NCBI GenBank assembly: GCA_030827135.1
Contig: JAURFE010000001.1
Coordinates: forward strand, 750,368-814,367
DNA: 64,000 nucleotides
From: Vicinamibacterales bacterium
Lineage (GTDB): Bacteria; Acidobacteriota; Vicinamibacteria; Vicinamibacterales; SCN-69-37
Direction: 5' to 3'
Both the position numbers and the translations under genes were made by a program. Below, piece after piece: positions 35,801 through 44,058 of this stretch (the stretch's first letter is position 1; the number at the start of each line of letters is the position of its first letter). A model generated the notes under the pieces. It made no database searches, was not told the origin of the DNA, and was given only the letters and a program-made list of their open reading frames with translations.

Positions 35801-38235
35801 CCGGCGATCGCGTCGGGCTCTGCGTGGAGCGCGGGCCGGCCATGATCGCGGGCTTGCTGGGCATCATGACGGCGGGCGCCGCCTACGTGCCCCTCGACCC
35901 GGCGTATCCGGCGGATCGGCTGTGCGCCCTGCTGACCGATTCGGGGGCCTCGCACGTGGTGCTGGGTCCTGGCCTGGCAGGGATGTTCGCTGAATTCCCT
36001 GGGCGTCTCGAGCTCGTCTCGATCGATGACGCTCGTATGGACGTGAGAGGCACCGTGTCGCTCCCGGCGGTCGCGCCTTCGCAGCCGGCGTATGTGATCT
36101 ACACGTCAGGCTCGACCGGGCGGCCCAAGGGCGTCGCGGTCTCGCACGCCAACCTCGCCAGGTCCACCTGGGCCAGACGCCACGTCTATTCCGGCGTGCC
36201 GGCGCGCTTCCTGCTGCTGTCGTCTTTTTCGTTCGACAGTTCCGTCGCCGGAATTTTCTGGACACTGGCCGAGGGCGGTACGCTCGTGCTACCCGAGCAC
36301 GGCGGCGAGCGTGACGTGCTCCGGTTGGCGGACCTCATGGCGCGTCACGGCGTCACGCATCTGCTGGCCTTGCCGTCGCTGTACGAGCTCATGCTCCAAG
36401 AACTCGACCCGGCTGCACTGTCGACGATGCAGACGGCCATCGTCGCGGGCGAGGCGTGCCCGGCGAGAGTGGTGAACACGCATCGGGCGCGCGCCCCGCG
36501 GGCGGCGCTCTACAACGAGTACGGTCCGACCGAAGCCACGGTGTGGTGCACCGTCGATCGACTCGACATCGCCGCCGAGGATGCTCCGGTGACGATCGGC
36601 CGGCCGATTGCTTCGACGTCGATCTATGTGCTCGACCGCGAGCTCAACCTGGTTCCGAGAGGGCGAACCGGAGAGATTTGCGTCGGTGGCTCTGGCGTGG
36701 CGATCGGCTACCTGAACGCGCCAGGCGCCACACCCGGCGCGTTCGCGCCCGATCCGTTCTCGGCCACGCCGGGCGCGCGCCTGTATCGGACCGGCGACCT
36801 CGGCCGCTGGCTGCCCGATGGACGGCTCGTGTCGCTCGGGCGCAGCGATCGCCAGGTCAAGGTGCGCGGCCACCGGATCGAACTGGAGGAAATCGAGTCG
36901 GCGCTCCGCGATCATCCGACGGTCGACGATGCCGCCGTGATCATCCGGGACCCGGACGGCCACGCGGCAGGGCTGGCGGCGTACGTCGTCCCGCGCGCCC
37001 CTGGCGTCGACACCCGCGCGGTTCGCGAGTGGCTGGCCGGGCGGCTGCCGGACTTCATGGTGCCGGCACACTGGAACGTGCTCGACCGACTCCCGCGCCT
37101 GCCGAACGGTAAAGTGGATCGCGCCGCCTTGCCGATGTCGGCGGCCACAGCTGGCGCCGTGCGCGTGCCGGCGCGAGATCCGCTCGAGCATCAGCTGCTG
37201 GACGTGTGGAGCGAGATCCTACGCCACGAGGATCTTTCCGCGACGGACAACTTCTTCGACGCCGGGGGGCACTCCCTCCTGGCCGTGCAGCTGGTTTCTC
37301 AGATCGAGAGGCGCTACGGCTACCGGGTGCCCGTCGCCGCGCTGTTCGAGGCGGGGACGGTCGCGGGGCTGGCGGACCGAATCCGGGCCGGTCAGCCGGC
37401 CTCGACCAGCCCCGTCGTCGCCTTGCAGTCATCAGGGACCGGCCTGCCGTTCTTCTGCGTGCATCAGGCGGGCGGAAACGCCTTCGCGTACTTCCGGTTG
37501 GCCCGTGCGTTTCGCGGCCGCCGGCCTTTCCATGCCTTGCAGTCGCGGGGCCTGGACGGCATGCAGCCGCCGTTCGAATCCATTGAAGAGATGGCCGCGT
37601 TCTATGTCGACGGCATCCGCACGGTGCAGCCGGCCGGACCGTATCTGCTTGGCGGGCATTCACTCGGCGGCCGCGTCGCGTTCGAAATGGCCCGGCAACT
37701 CGAACATTCGGGGGCGCGTGTCGCGTGCCTCGCGGTCCTCGACGTTCCGGCACCGGGCATGGATGTCGGAACCGGCGCACCAATCGACGACGAGACCGCT
37801 CTAGCGCACATCGCGGCGCAGATCGAACAGCACTACGGCGTCGATCTACAGTTGTCGGCACGGCCGCTCGACTCGGCGTCCGCGACCTCCGCGTCGCGCG
37901 ACCTGCGGGCGCGGCTGTCGGACGCTCACCTGATCACCCCGGGGGCCGGCGCCGAGCAGGTCGAGGCGTTGATTCGCGTTTATCGCGCCAACCTCGCCGC
38001 CGTAGCCCAATATCGCCCACCGGTCACATCCGTGGATCTCGAGGTCTTCGTCTCGACTGCGCTGCGCGCGATGTATCCAGACGATCCGGCGCTCGGCTGG
38101 GCCGGCGCGACGACCGGCCGTGTTACGATTCACGCGATCGACGGGGATCACTTTTCAATGCTGGCCGATCCCGGCGTCGTGGGCTTCGCGGACCTCCTGA
38201 GCGCCAGCCTCGATGCGGCGACTGAGGGGTACTGA
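29797..38235 (+). CDS. Non-ribosomal peptide synthetase, two modules with embedded N-methyltransferase and terminal thioesterase (C-A/MT-T-C-A-T-TE)
   Basis: 2812-aa ORF: LQQRRLWFL, HHLIADAWS, YTSGSTGQPKG, LEIGCGTG, GGHSL, HHIVGDGWT, YTSGSTGRPKG, GGHSL, GGHSLGG. Confidence 0.95.
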   Translation: MTGPEFNLDDLELLDRLLDDAGASRPVLAGGAERRREAPASLQQRRLWFLHELTPDSAAYNVATALRLEGPFDESAFRRALEFVVMRHDVLRTTFHGRDGAPWQVVSTSPLLDFQSETLEVRSAEALAAEVQRQFAIESHRPFNLGTGPLFRVRLLKSGPQQHVAILALHHLIADAWSFGVLVREVASAYRAFLVSEPVDWSELPLQYTDYAAWQHATLDDVRIGAHVDYWADRLRGLSRLDLPTDFPRPALQTFNGDLLTFELSPAVTAGLRALCGDGTTLFMVLSAALQTFIGRYCRESDVAIGTSIASREVPGTEGLIGFFVNMMVLRADLSGDPTFTELLARVRRDVLDGFDHAQVPYEMLVERLQPERDRSRNPFFQIAFTLFSTPVPPTDFIGLHIEPIASQTAARFDLELFMEEAAGGGMRAVFSYNTDLFRRQTIAGLAGTFGRLVESIAADPGRRILDLPWLTDEEARRAAARVDRTWPATGGIHEIIAAQAAREASRTAVRCNGTSLTYGELDRRARAIARRLVSLGAGPDVLVGLWFDRSVDLVTAIVGVLNAGAAYVPIDPAYPPERVAFMLQDSRPLAIVCTRELAARLPAFSGHVICLEDVADDEPVEDWTAPRVAPDNLAYIIYTSGSTGQPKGVQVTHRNVVRLMQATDTWFSFGPDDVWTLFHSYAFDFSVWEIFGALMYGGTLVVVPTAVARSAEDFYQLVCDEGVTVLNQTPSAFREFVAAEQRLARERDLSLRFVIFGGEALDFSGLESWFDRHGDRDPVLVNMYGITETTVHVTYRPVAWRDARGAGGSLIGRPIPDLDLHLLDDRLRPVPSGAVGEIFVGGAGVARGYASRPALTAQRFVPNPFTATVGERLYRSGDLARQRSDGELQYLGRADHQVKVRGFRVELGEIAAVLEGHPEVSQAVVAVREDVAGDRRLVAYVVPTATTAGAPPEAAELTRDWRLTFDEMYRQGAGTDADFNTSGWNSSYTGQPLSADAMREWVDETVGRVAALGGRRTLEIGCGTGLLLFRLAATCERYVATDLSPEALRLVSAGVLARGWSHVEVRHQEARDFRGIPKGEFDTIVLNSVAQYLPGMGYLREVIDGALDALAPGGCLVIGDVRNRRLQQAFHASVQRFRAGSTIPRDTLRERVRSGLAHDEELTIDPEAFPALAQEDPRVRHVDVHLKHGRALTEMNLFRYDVVVHTGVRHSVEPSWMEWASAMTVDSIGSLLRESAGRGLAVAGIRNARLHDANATVTWLSGDEPTDAPAGLDPADLVTLARDLGFSARLSWAPDSSDGRFDACFVPQSDAGEPPPHVAPRPRPTKAHLGPWSSFGGRSADGASLSRQLREFAATKLPDYMRPHAFVLLDRLPLSAHGKLDRQLLPAPQAERTRNVEAIAPRTPAEQALEEIWRDVLGLGVVGVDDDFFAVGGHSLLATRVVSRIRDRFLVELPLRALFEYPTIAGLARELDRLTPSIAAEAGGIPRASSRDALPVSFAQQRLWFLQLLDPDLPAYNIAAAVSLRGPLDAGALAQALEAIAGRHEVLRTTFAWRDGQPVQVIHETPRFPLQVDDLSGVPADLQEAEVQRRIGDAATRLFSLEHGPLVRGLLLRLAADRHVLALTMHHIVGDGWTIGVLARELGALYTSALRRTPSPLSDLPIQYADFAVWQRGYVQGDVLQRQLQYWKTQLSGVPTGRVLAPDFPSGHERQGRGACERVALPPELARRLTACGQAHGATLFMTLVSAFGALLHRYSGDTDFAIGTPIANRTRRETETLLGCFVNTLALRLNLSGDPTFVELLERVRSTAMDAYAHQDVPFEAVVDAVQPDRDRQSHPLFQVMFVLQNAPSEPLRFPDLEIAPFEIETVAAKFDLSLLVEPSGDGGLTAVFEYDRDVFLADTVRQLARHFHGWLSQLCSQPDRRMSALDVLSPADRADLLTLGRGEDMGEDVPLVLDRIASWERSDPTRTAVTGTNGPLSYGELGSQALAVARVLRARGIQTGDRVGLCVERGPAMIAGLLGIMTAGAAYVPLDPAYPADRLCALLTDSGASHVVLGPGLAGMFAEFPGRLELVSIDDARMDVRGTVSLPAVAPSQPAYVIYTSGSTGRPKGVAVSHANLARSTWARRHVYSGVPARFLLLSSFSFDSSVAGIFWTLAEGGTLVLPEHGGERDVLRLADLMARHGVTHLLALPSLYELMLQELDPAALSTMQTAIVAGEACPARVVNTHRARAPRAALYNEYGPTEATVWCTVDRLDIAAEDAPVTIGRPIASTSIYVLDRELNLVPRGRTGEICVGGSGVAIGYLNAPGATPGAFAPDPFSATPGARLYRTGDLGRWLPDGRLVSLGRSDRQVKVRGHRIELEEIESALRDHPTVDDAAVIIRDPDGHAAGLAAYVVPRAPGVDTRAVREWLAGRLPDFMVPAHWNVLDRLPRLPNGKVDRAALPMSAATAGAVRVPARDPLEHQLLDVWSEILRHEDLSATDNFFDAGGHSLLAVQLVSQIERRYGYRVPVAALFEAGTVAGLADRIRAGQPASTSPVVALQSSGTGLPFFCVHQAGGNAFAYFRLARAFRGRRPFHALQSRGLDGMQPPFESIEEMAAFYVDGIRTVQPAGPYLLGGHSLGGRVAFEMARQLEHSGARVACLAVLDVPAPGMDVGTGAPIDDETALAHIAAQIEQHYGVDLQLSARPLDSASATSASRDLRARLSDAHLITPGAGAEQVEALIRVYRANLAAVAQYRPPVTSVDLEVFVSTALRAMYPDDPALGWAGATTGRVTIHAIDGDHFSMLADPGVVGFADLLSASLDAATEGY
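29910..34200 (+). other. NRPS module 8: C(LCL-like)-A(Thr) interrupted by MT-T
   Basis: A code DFWNIGMVHK (FDFSVWE / VLNQTPS / VIFGGEA / NMYGITETTVH). The A10 core (LPLSAHGKLDR) lies ~430 aa downstream of the A8 core because of the MT insertion. T GGHSLLATR. Confidence 0.75.
32650..33840 (+). other. SAM-dependent methyltransferase domain inserted between A8 and A10 cores (N-MT type, approx.)
   Basis: DFNTSGWNSSYTGQP...RRTLEIGCGTGLLLFRLA (SAM motif I), EMNLFRYDVVVH (resembles N-MT motif NELSxYRYxAV), AGIRNARL. Confidence 0.75.
34260..38232 (+). other. NRPS module 9: C(LCL-like)-A(unassigned)-T-TE
   Basis: LTMHHIVGDGWT. A code read as DSALIAEVWK (FDSSVAG / HLLALPS / AIVAGEA / NEYGPTEATVW), which I cannot assign. 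T GGHSLLAVQ, then TE. Confidence 0.7.
37410..38232 (+). other. Type I thioesterase (chain-release) domain
   Basis: LPFFCVHQAGGNAFAYF, nucleophile elbow LLGGHSLGGRVAFE, C-terminal IDGDHFSML (His). Confidence 0.85.
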
Positions 38236-39443
38236 TGGGCCGTGGCGTGTTTCTCAATGTGTCGGGAGGCGGCCACGTCATCGCGACCTATGGGATGGTT
38301 GGCGAACTGGTGGCGCGCGGGGAGACCATCACCTACTACGAAGCGCCGAAGTTTCAGCGGGACATCGAGGCGCTGGGCGCCGAGTTCCGGCCGTATGGGC
38401 CGATCCGCCCTTACCCGGGTCCGCTCGCGCAGTATCCGTATCATCACGAACTCGACCTGCCGCCGGTCATGACGTGGATTGCACTGGAATGGCTGCCGAG
38501 GTTGCTGCCGGAGATTCGCGCGCTTAAGCCTGACTACATCGTCCACGACTCCCTCTGCCTGTGGGGACGCGTGGTCGCCGAGAAGCTCGGCGTGCCGGCG
38601 GTCTGCTCGGTCCACACACCGGCGGTCACGTGGCCACTCCTGTTGCGTGTCGGCCGGTATTGGCGGGACATGCCCCGCATGGCCGCCCGATCGCACAGAA
38701 GCCTGCGATTCTTTCGAACGCTCGCCCGTCAACTGGGCGAGGAGTACGGCGTCGAGAAGACTGGGTTCATCGACCTGCTCTCGAACGTCCAGCCGCAGAC
38801 GATCTGCCATGCCCCCCGAGAGCTGCAGCCGTACGGCGAGACCTTCGGTGCGACGTATCACTTCGTTGGCTCGGTGCACGATCGACCGGTCAAGACGGCG
38901 TTCCCGTTCGATCGCATTCGCGAGCCGTTCATCTACGTCGGCTTCGGGACGATTTGCGATCCCGGACCGGCGTTCTTCCGGAACTGTCTGTCGGCATTCG
39001 CCGGGCTCGACTACCAGGTCGTCATGATCCTCAGCGACAGCACGGTGCCAGAGGACCTGGGCGCCGTGCCGTCGAATGCGATCATCTGGAGCCTGAAGCG
39101 GGACGGTCTGGCGCCTCAGCTCGACCTGCTGCCCCGCGCGTCGTTATTCGTGATGAACGGAGGCAATGGCGGCGCACGGGAAAGCGCCTGGTTCGGAGTG
39201 CCGATGATCGCGGTACCGACGACCTTCGAAACCGACACGATTTCGATGCGGATCGACGCTCAGGGAGCCGGGACCCGCATCCCCCCGCAGCGGGCGACGC
39301 CGGAGCGGCTCAGGCGCGCCGCGCTCGAGATCCTCGCGAACCCCTCGTACGCGCGAAACAGCCGGCGCATCGGCGACGCGTGCCGCGCCTCCGGCGGCAG
39401 TATGCGTGCCGCGGACGTCGTGCTTCAGGCCGTCCGCGGATGA
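38235..39443 (+). CDS. GT1-family glycosyltransferase (macrolide/MGT-like UDP-glycosyltransferase)
   Basis: N-terminus FLNVSGGGHVIATYGMVGELVARGETITYY (GT-B acceptor domain); C-terminal donor motif NGGNGGARESAWFGVPMIAVPTTFETD. Start shares one nt with the NRPS stop (TGATG). Confidence 0.85.
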   Translation: MGRGVFLNVSGGGHVIATYGMVGELVARGETITYYEAPKFQRDIEALGAEFRPYGPIRPYPGPLAQYPYHHELDLPPVMTWIALEWLPRLLPEIRALKPDYIVHDSLCLWGRVVAEKLGVPAVCSVHTPAVTWPLLLRVGRYWRDMPRMAARSHRSLRFFRTLARQLGEEYGVEKTGFIDLLSNVQPQTICHAPRELQPYGETFGATYHFVGSVHDRPVKTAFPFDRIREPFIYVGFGTICDPGPAFFRNCLSAFAGLDYQVVMILSDSTVPEDLGAVPSNAIIWSLKRDGLAPQLDLLPRASLFVMNGGNGGARESAWFGVPMIAVPTTFETDTISMRIDAQGAGTRIPPQRATPERLRRAALEILANPSYARNSRRIGDACRASGGSMRAADVVLQAVRG

Positions 39444-40762
39444 ACGCGCAGGACGAGGCCGCCCGATTCGAGGATGTCGTCGATTGTGAACGCCGCCGGC
39501 GTCGGCCGGACGGGCTCGATGCGCACGCACTGCGCGACCGTCGCGAGCATCAACTGCAGTTGCAGCATCGCGAGCGGCTGCCCGATGCAGTTTCTGGCGC
39601 CCCACCCGAACGGAAAGTAAGCGAAGGTCGGGAGCTCCCGTTCGAATCCTGGCGTCCATCGTTCCGGTTTGAAGGCCTCCGGGTCCGGAAACCACTCGGG
39701 TTTGTGCTGCATCACCCACTGCGAGATGATCACGCGCGCGCCGCCGGGCACATGCCACTCGCCAATCCGATCGTCATCGACCGCCACGCGCACCATGGCG
39801 CCGGCCGGAGGACACAACCGCAAGGTCTCTTTGACGATCTGTGCGGTGAACGGCAGGCGATCGAGGTCGGCGAAGCCGGGCGGCCGCCCCTGCAGTGCGC
39901 CCTCCAGCTCGGCGGCCAGTTGCGCCTCGACCTGCGGATGTTGGGCCACGAGCCGCAGCACCTGGATGAACGCCGCCGCGGTCGTGAAGAAGCTGGCGGC
40001 GAGAGTGCTCGTGAGCTCATGACAGATCTGGCGATCGGTCAGCACCTGGCCGTCGCTCTGCCTGGTCTCGAGCATCGACGACAGCAGGTCGTGCCTGGGG
40101 CCACCCTCCGCGCGGCGCTTCGCGATATACGGCAGGATCTCGGCGTCGTACGCCGCCATCGCACGGGCGTAGGCGCGGTTGCCCCGCGTCGGGAATGGAG
40201 GTGGCAGTTGAAGGAAGCCGTCGAGGCGCCGGAGGGCGTCGGTAAAGGGGTCGCGAATGCGGCGGGAGTCCTCGCGCGGGCCTATGCCGAAGTGCATCTG
40301 GATGCCGATATCGAGAATCAGATCCATGACGGCGTCGCTGACGCGGACTTCGCCCGCGGTCCAGCCGTCGAGCATCGCGCGCGTCGCCGAGACGGCGACA
40401 TCCGCGAACGGCCGCACGCGGTCGCGCTGCAGCATGGTCGCGAGCATCTGGCGCCGCGGTTTGGCGGCGGCCCCCGGCGTCGTCTGGAGCGATTGCCCGA
40501 AGAATCTCTGGGCGCGGCGTCCACCCGACGACTTCACGTAGTTGTCCGCGTTGGTGACCATGACGTGCCGGACAGGCTCCGCCCCGGTCACCACGTACAG
40601 CTTGAAACCGAGACAATGGAAGGAACTGACCTCGCCGTAGGTGCGCGCGAGATCCTCGAACGCGAGCACGCGGCGCCGCTTGAAATTCAGGAGGGCGCGC
40701 ACGATATCCGCGCCCCTCGGCCCGGGCGGTCGCCGGCCAGTGGCGCCGGACGTCACGGACAC
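39425..40762 (-). CDS. Cytochrome P450 monooxygenase
   Basis: Heme-binding loop FPFGWGARNCIGQPLA (FxxGxRxCxG), ExxR (ETLRL). GTG start at 40762, or at 40756, which has better spacing from GGGAGG. The 3' end overlaps the convergent GT gene by 19 nt. Confidence 0.9.
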   Translation of the reverse strand: MSVTSGATGRRPPGPRGADIVRALLNFKRRRVLAFEDLARTYGEVSSFHCLGFKLYVVTGAEPVRHVMVTNADNYVKSSGGRRAQRFFGQSLQTTPGAAAKPRRQMLATMLQRDRVRPFADVAVSATRAMLDGWTAGEVRVSDAVMDLILDIGIQMHFGIGPREDSRRIRDPFTDALRRLDGFLQLPPPFPTRGNRAYARAMAAYDAEILPYIAKRRAEGGPRHDLLSSMLETRQSDGQVLTDRQICHELTSTLAASFFTTAAAFIQVLRLVAQHPQVEAQLAAELEGALQGRPPGFADLDRLPFTAQIVKETLRLCPPAGAMVRVAVDDDRIGEWHVPGGARVIISQWVMQHKPEWFPDPEAFKPERWTPGFERELPTFAYFPFGWGARNCIGQPLAMLQLQLMLATVAQCVRIEPVRPTPAAFTIDDILESGGLVLRVHPRTA

Positions 40763-40791
40763 CGCCTCCCACCTGCGTCGCGCACCCGCTG

Positions 40792-42138
40792 ATGGCCGCG
40801 ATCCTGTTCTGTCCCCTGCCCCTGGCGAGCGCGATGAACGCGTCGCTGGCGATCGCCAAGGCGCTGCGCTTGCGCGGGCATCGAGTCGCCTTCTGCGGCA
40901 TGAAGGACGCCGAGGCGATCGTGGCGCCGCATGGCTTCGAGAACATCGCGGTCTTCGAGGACTGGTTTCCGCAAGGCTTCGTCCGCACGTGGGTCAAGGG
41001 CGGCGTCGATCGCGGCTTCGGCTGGGAGCGCCTGCGGTTTCTGCTCGACGAGCGGCGGCGGCTGCTCCGCCACGAGGCGTTCATCAATTTCCTGATCAAA
41101 GGCGGCATCGAGGAGTTTCCGGCGGCGGTGGCGCCGTTCGCCCCGGATCTGATCTTGATCGACAGCGCCGTCCACACTCACTGGGCGCTCGCCGCGTACC
41201 GCACGGGGACACCCTGCGCCTACCTCAACCAGTGCCTGCCGGGAATCGAGGATCCCGTTGTCCCGCCCCTCCACTCGCAGCTGCCGCCGGCGACCGATGC
41301 AGCGGGCGGGCAGGCGGTGGAACAGGCGTGGGACGCGTTGTTCGCCAGCCGGCGCCGCGCGAACCTGGCCGCGCGACTGACCGGGGTGACCGACTGGATC
41401 GAGCACTTGACGCGTCTCGCCGCCGCGTGCGGCTACCCGTCCGATCGGTTCAACACGCGCACCGAGCTGATGCCCGTGCTCGACCTGCCGATCCTCACGA
41501 TGTGCCCGGACGCATTCGAATTTCCTCAGGCGCTCGGCCGTCCAGGCCGGCACTACGTCGAGGCCGCGATCGACCTGACGCGCCAGGAGCCCCCCTTCCC
41601 GTGGGACGCGCTCGATCCCTCCAGGGCACTGGTGTATGTGTCGCTCGGCAGCATCGCGTTCAGCCAGTCGTTCCTGCAGCGGGTCATCGACGCGGCCGCA
41701 GCCGAGCCGGGCTGGCAGCTGGTGGTGAACCTCGGCACCGGCCTGGACGCCTCGGCGTTCACGGGCGTGCCGTCGAATGCGATTCTCGTGAAGGGCACGC
41801 CGCAATTGCGAGTGATCGAGCGCGCAGCCGTGATGGTCAACCACGCCGGTATCGGCACCGTGAAGGAGTGCATCTACCACGGCGTCCCGCAGGTCGCGTT
41901 CCCGATCTTCTTCGATCAGCCGGGCGCCGCAGCGCGCATCCGCTACCACGGGATCGGCGTCGTGGGCGATTTTGCCACGAGCACGTCCAAGGACATTCGC
42001 GATCTCGTGCGGCGCGCGCTGACCGACGAGCGCATCAGGGACCGGGCCGCCGCGATGTCGCGGACATTCCGGGAGGTCGAGGAGCGTCAACCGTCGATGG
42101 CCGTCATTGAGCATCTGTGTCGGCCGGAGGCCCGGTGA
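40792..42138 (+). CDS. GT1-family glycosyltransferase
   Basis: ILFCPLPLASAMNASLAIAKALRLRGHRV (GT-B N-terminus); VNHAGIGTVKECIYHGVPQVAFPIFFDQPGAAARI (UDP-sugar donor motif). Confidence 0.85.
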   Translation: MAAILFCPLPLASAMNASLAIAKALRLRGHRVAFCGMKDAEAIVAPHGFENIAVFEDWFPQGFVRTWVKGGVDRGFGWERLRFLLDERRRLLRHEAFINFLIKGGIEEFPAAVAPFAPDLILIDSAVHTHWALAAYRTGTPCAYLNQCLPGIEDPVVPPLHSQLPPATDAAGGQAVEQAWDALFASRRRANLAARLTGVTDWIEHLTRLAAACGYPSDRFNTRTELMPVLDLPILTMCPDAFEFPQALGRPGRHYVEAAIDLTRQEPPFPWDALDPSRALVYVSLGSIAFSQSFLQRVIDAAAAEPGWQLVVNLGTGLDASAFTGVPSNAILVKGTPQLRVIERAAVMVNHAGIGTVKECIYHGVPQVAFPIFFDQPGAAARIRYHGIGVVGDFATSTSKDIRDLVRRALTDERIRDRAAAMSRTFREVEERQPSMAVIEHLCRPEAR

Positions 42139-43747
42139 CGAACTCGATCTTGCCGTCGAGTATCTTGACCGTCCGATCCGCCAGGTGGAAATACCGGTCG
42201 TCGTGCGTGACGGCGATGATCGTCTTGCCGCGCGCGCGCAGGTTGTAAATCAGCGTCTCGTACAGGAACCGGCGGAACTCCGGGTCCTGGTCGGCCGCGA
42301 GCTCGTCGAACACGTACACGGGCTTGTCCTCGAGCAACGAGACAACGAGCGCGAGGCGCTTCCGCTGTCCCGTCGAGAGGTCGAGCTTGGTGAAGCGATC
42401 GTTGGCGAACTCGGTCTTGTCCTGCAGCTGCATTTCCTTGAGCAGCGCCTGGACGCGTACCGGGTCGAGATCGCGGAGGCCATAGAGCTTATCGAAGAGG
42501 TGGAAGTCCGAAAAGATCGCCGTGAAGAGCTCACGATAGCTCTGCAGTCGCGCGCCGTCGATGCGCTCGCCGTCCACGTCGATCATGCCTTTGGAGGGCG
42601 CATACAGCCCGGTCAACAGCCGCAGCAGCGTGGACTTGCCGCTGCCGTTGCCCCCGATGATGAAGAGGATCTCACCCGCGCGCACCACCAGCGACGCGGG
42701 GCCGACGGTAAACGTCCGCTGCCCCGCCGTGTCGTGGAAGGAGTACTCGATGTCGGTCAGCGTGAGCGTCTTGAAACCGGCGTAGCGGTCCGGATCGCCT
42801 CTGGGCACGTCCTTCGGGGTCAGGGCCTCGAGCGCCATCTCGAGCTTGTGAATGTTGTCGGCGGCGATATTCGCGCGTGAAAACGCCGGGATCGCGCCAA
42901 CCAGCGCCGTGAGCGGGCCAATCACGAACAGAATCGCCGTCGTCAACTCCGTCAGGACGGAGTTATAGGTTGGCATCAGCCGAGGCAGTATGAACACGAC
43001 CGCGCCAATCAGGATGTAGAAGGTGACCTGCGAGAAGATCGAACTCTTGTTGTACACGTCCTCGGTCTGCGTGCGCACGTTGCCCAGCACGCTGCTGATC
43101 CGCTCCAGCTCGCGGAAGAGGTCCTCCCGCCGGCGCTGGCTCAGCTTCACTTCCTTGAACCCTTCGATCGCATGGGTCACGGTGTCGAGAAACGCGATTT
43201 CCTTCTGCGTTGCCATCGCAATCAGGCGGACGGCCTGCTGTCCGTAGTAACGGTAGATAAAGAGCCCGAGGCCGACCAGCGTCACCGTCAGCGCGAACGC
43301 CGTCTTGGACAAGATCGCGATGTAGCACGCCGAAAAGAGAACCAGCAGGCTCGCCTGCAGCGCGAACGTGAGGCTGCCGCTCGACTGCGAGATGACGAGG
43401 GTTTCGTGCGTGATGACGTTGTAGATGCGGCTCTTGCCGACGTTCTCGAGCACCGAGAGCTCGGCCGTCTCGATCTTGGACGTAATCCGCAGCCGCACGC
43501 GGTGCAGCATGCCCTCGAACAAATGGCTGATCCGCCCGAACGTGTAGCGGAAGCACAGGATATAGAGCGCGATGACGACGATGTAGATGAGGAGATAGCG
43601 GTCGGACGGCACTTCCGTCCCGCTCTGCATCGAGGTGTTGATGACCGCCAGGATACCGGCGTTGGCCAGCCCCGAGATCACGGCGCCCGCGTACACGTCC
43701 CAGCGGAGGCCGTTCGACTCGCGCTTGATCAAGTCAGTCAGCGTCAT
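42104..43747 (-). CDS. ABC transporter, fused TMD-NBD, cyclic-peptide exporter type (SyrD/PvdE-like)
   Basis: Six-TM-like N-terminal half; Walker A GGNGSGKST, signature LSTGQRKRLAL, Walker B VYVFDE. The 3' end overlaps the convergent GT gene by 35 nt. Confidence 0.85.
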   Translation of the reverse strand: MTLTDLIKRESNGLRWDVYAGAVISGLANAGILAVINTSMQSGTEVPSDRYLLIYIVVIALYILCFRYTFGRISHLFEGMLHRVRLRITSKIETAELSVLENVGKSRIYNVITHETLVISQSSGSLTFALQASLLVLFSACYIAILSKTAFALTVTLVGLGLFIYRYYGQQAVRLIAMATQKEIAFLDTVTHAIEGFKEVKLSQRRREDLFRELERISSVLGNVRTQTEDVYNKSSIFSQVTFYILIGAVVFILPRLMPTYNSVLTELTTAILFVIGPLTALVGAIPAFSRANIAADNIHKLEMALEALTPKDVPRGDPDRYAGFKTLTLTDIEYSFHDTAGQRTFTVGPASLVVRAGEILFIIGGNGSGKSTLLRLLTGLYAPSKGMIDVDGERIDGARLQSYRELFTAIFSDFHLFDKLYGLRDLDPVRVQALLKEMQLQDKTEFANDRFTKLDLSTGQRKRLALVVSLLEDKPVYVFDELAADQDPEFRRFLYETLIYNLRARGKTIIAVTHDDRYFHLADRTVKILDGKIEFVTGPPADTDAQ

Positions 43748-43781
43748 GCGACCTCGAAGTGTACTATGGAACCCGCGCGGC

Positions 43782-43810
43782 TTGACTGGCCTGAGTCCGC
43801 ATGGTATCAG
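43782..43810 (+). promoter_or_regulatory. Candidate sigma70-like promoter for the MbtH/TEII genes
   Basis: TTGACT (43782-43787), 17-nt spacer, TATCAG (43805-43810), in the 74-bp divergent gap between the ABC exporter and MbtH genes. The -10 element is weak. Confidence 0.25.
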
Positions 43811-43821
43811 TATGAATCCGC

Positions 43822-44040
43822 ATGAGCTGGGACGATTCCGACGCCGCCACGCCCTACCAAGTCGTCCTCAACGACGAGGAGCAGTACTCGATCTGGCCCG
43901 CCGATCGCGAGTTGCCGGCCGGCTGGCGGGCGGATGGCACAACAGGCACCAAGGACGAGTGCCTGGCCCACATCGCGGAGGTCTGGACCGACATGCGGCC
44001 GCTCAGCCTCCGGCGCGCGATGCACGCCAACAAGCTCTGA
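43822..44040 (+). CDS. MbtH-like protein (A-domain chaperone)
   Basis: 72 aa; [24 protein letters not shown]...[15 protein letters not shown], the signature of the MbtH family. Confidence 0.95.
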   Translation: MSWDDSDAATPYQVVLNDEEQYSIWPADRELPAGWRADGTTGTKDECLAHIAEVWTDMRPLSLRRAMHANKL

Positions 44041-44058
44041 CGCGGCCCGCTGAGTTTC

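Noticed and set aside
38561-42114. ORFs 38561..40792 (+, 743 aa), 40641..42110 (+, 489 aa), 40753..42114 (-, 453 aa) and 40017..41177 (-, 386 aa) overlapping the GT/P450/GT genes.
   Set aside because: No motifs and Arg-rich composition. The overlapping frames chosen instead carry the P450 heme loop (FxxGxRxCxG) and the GT1 donor-binding motifs.
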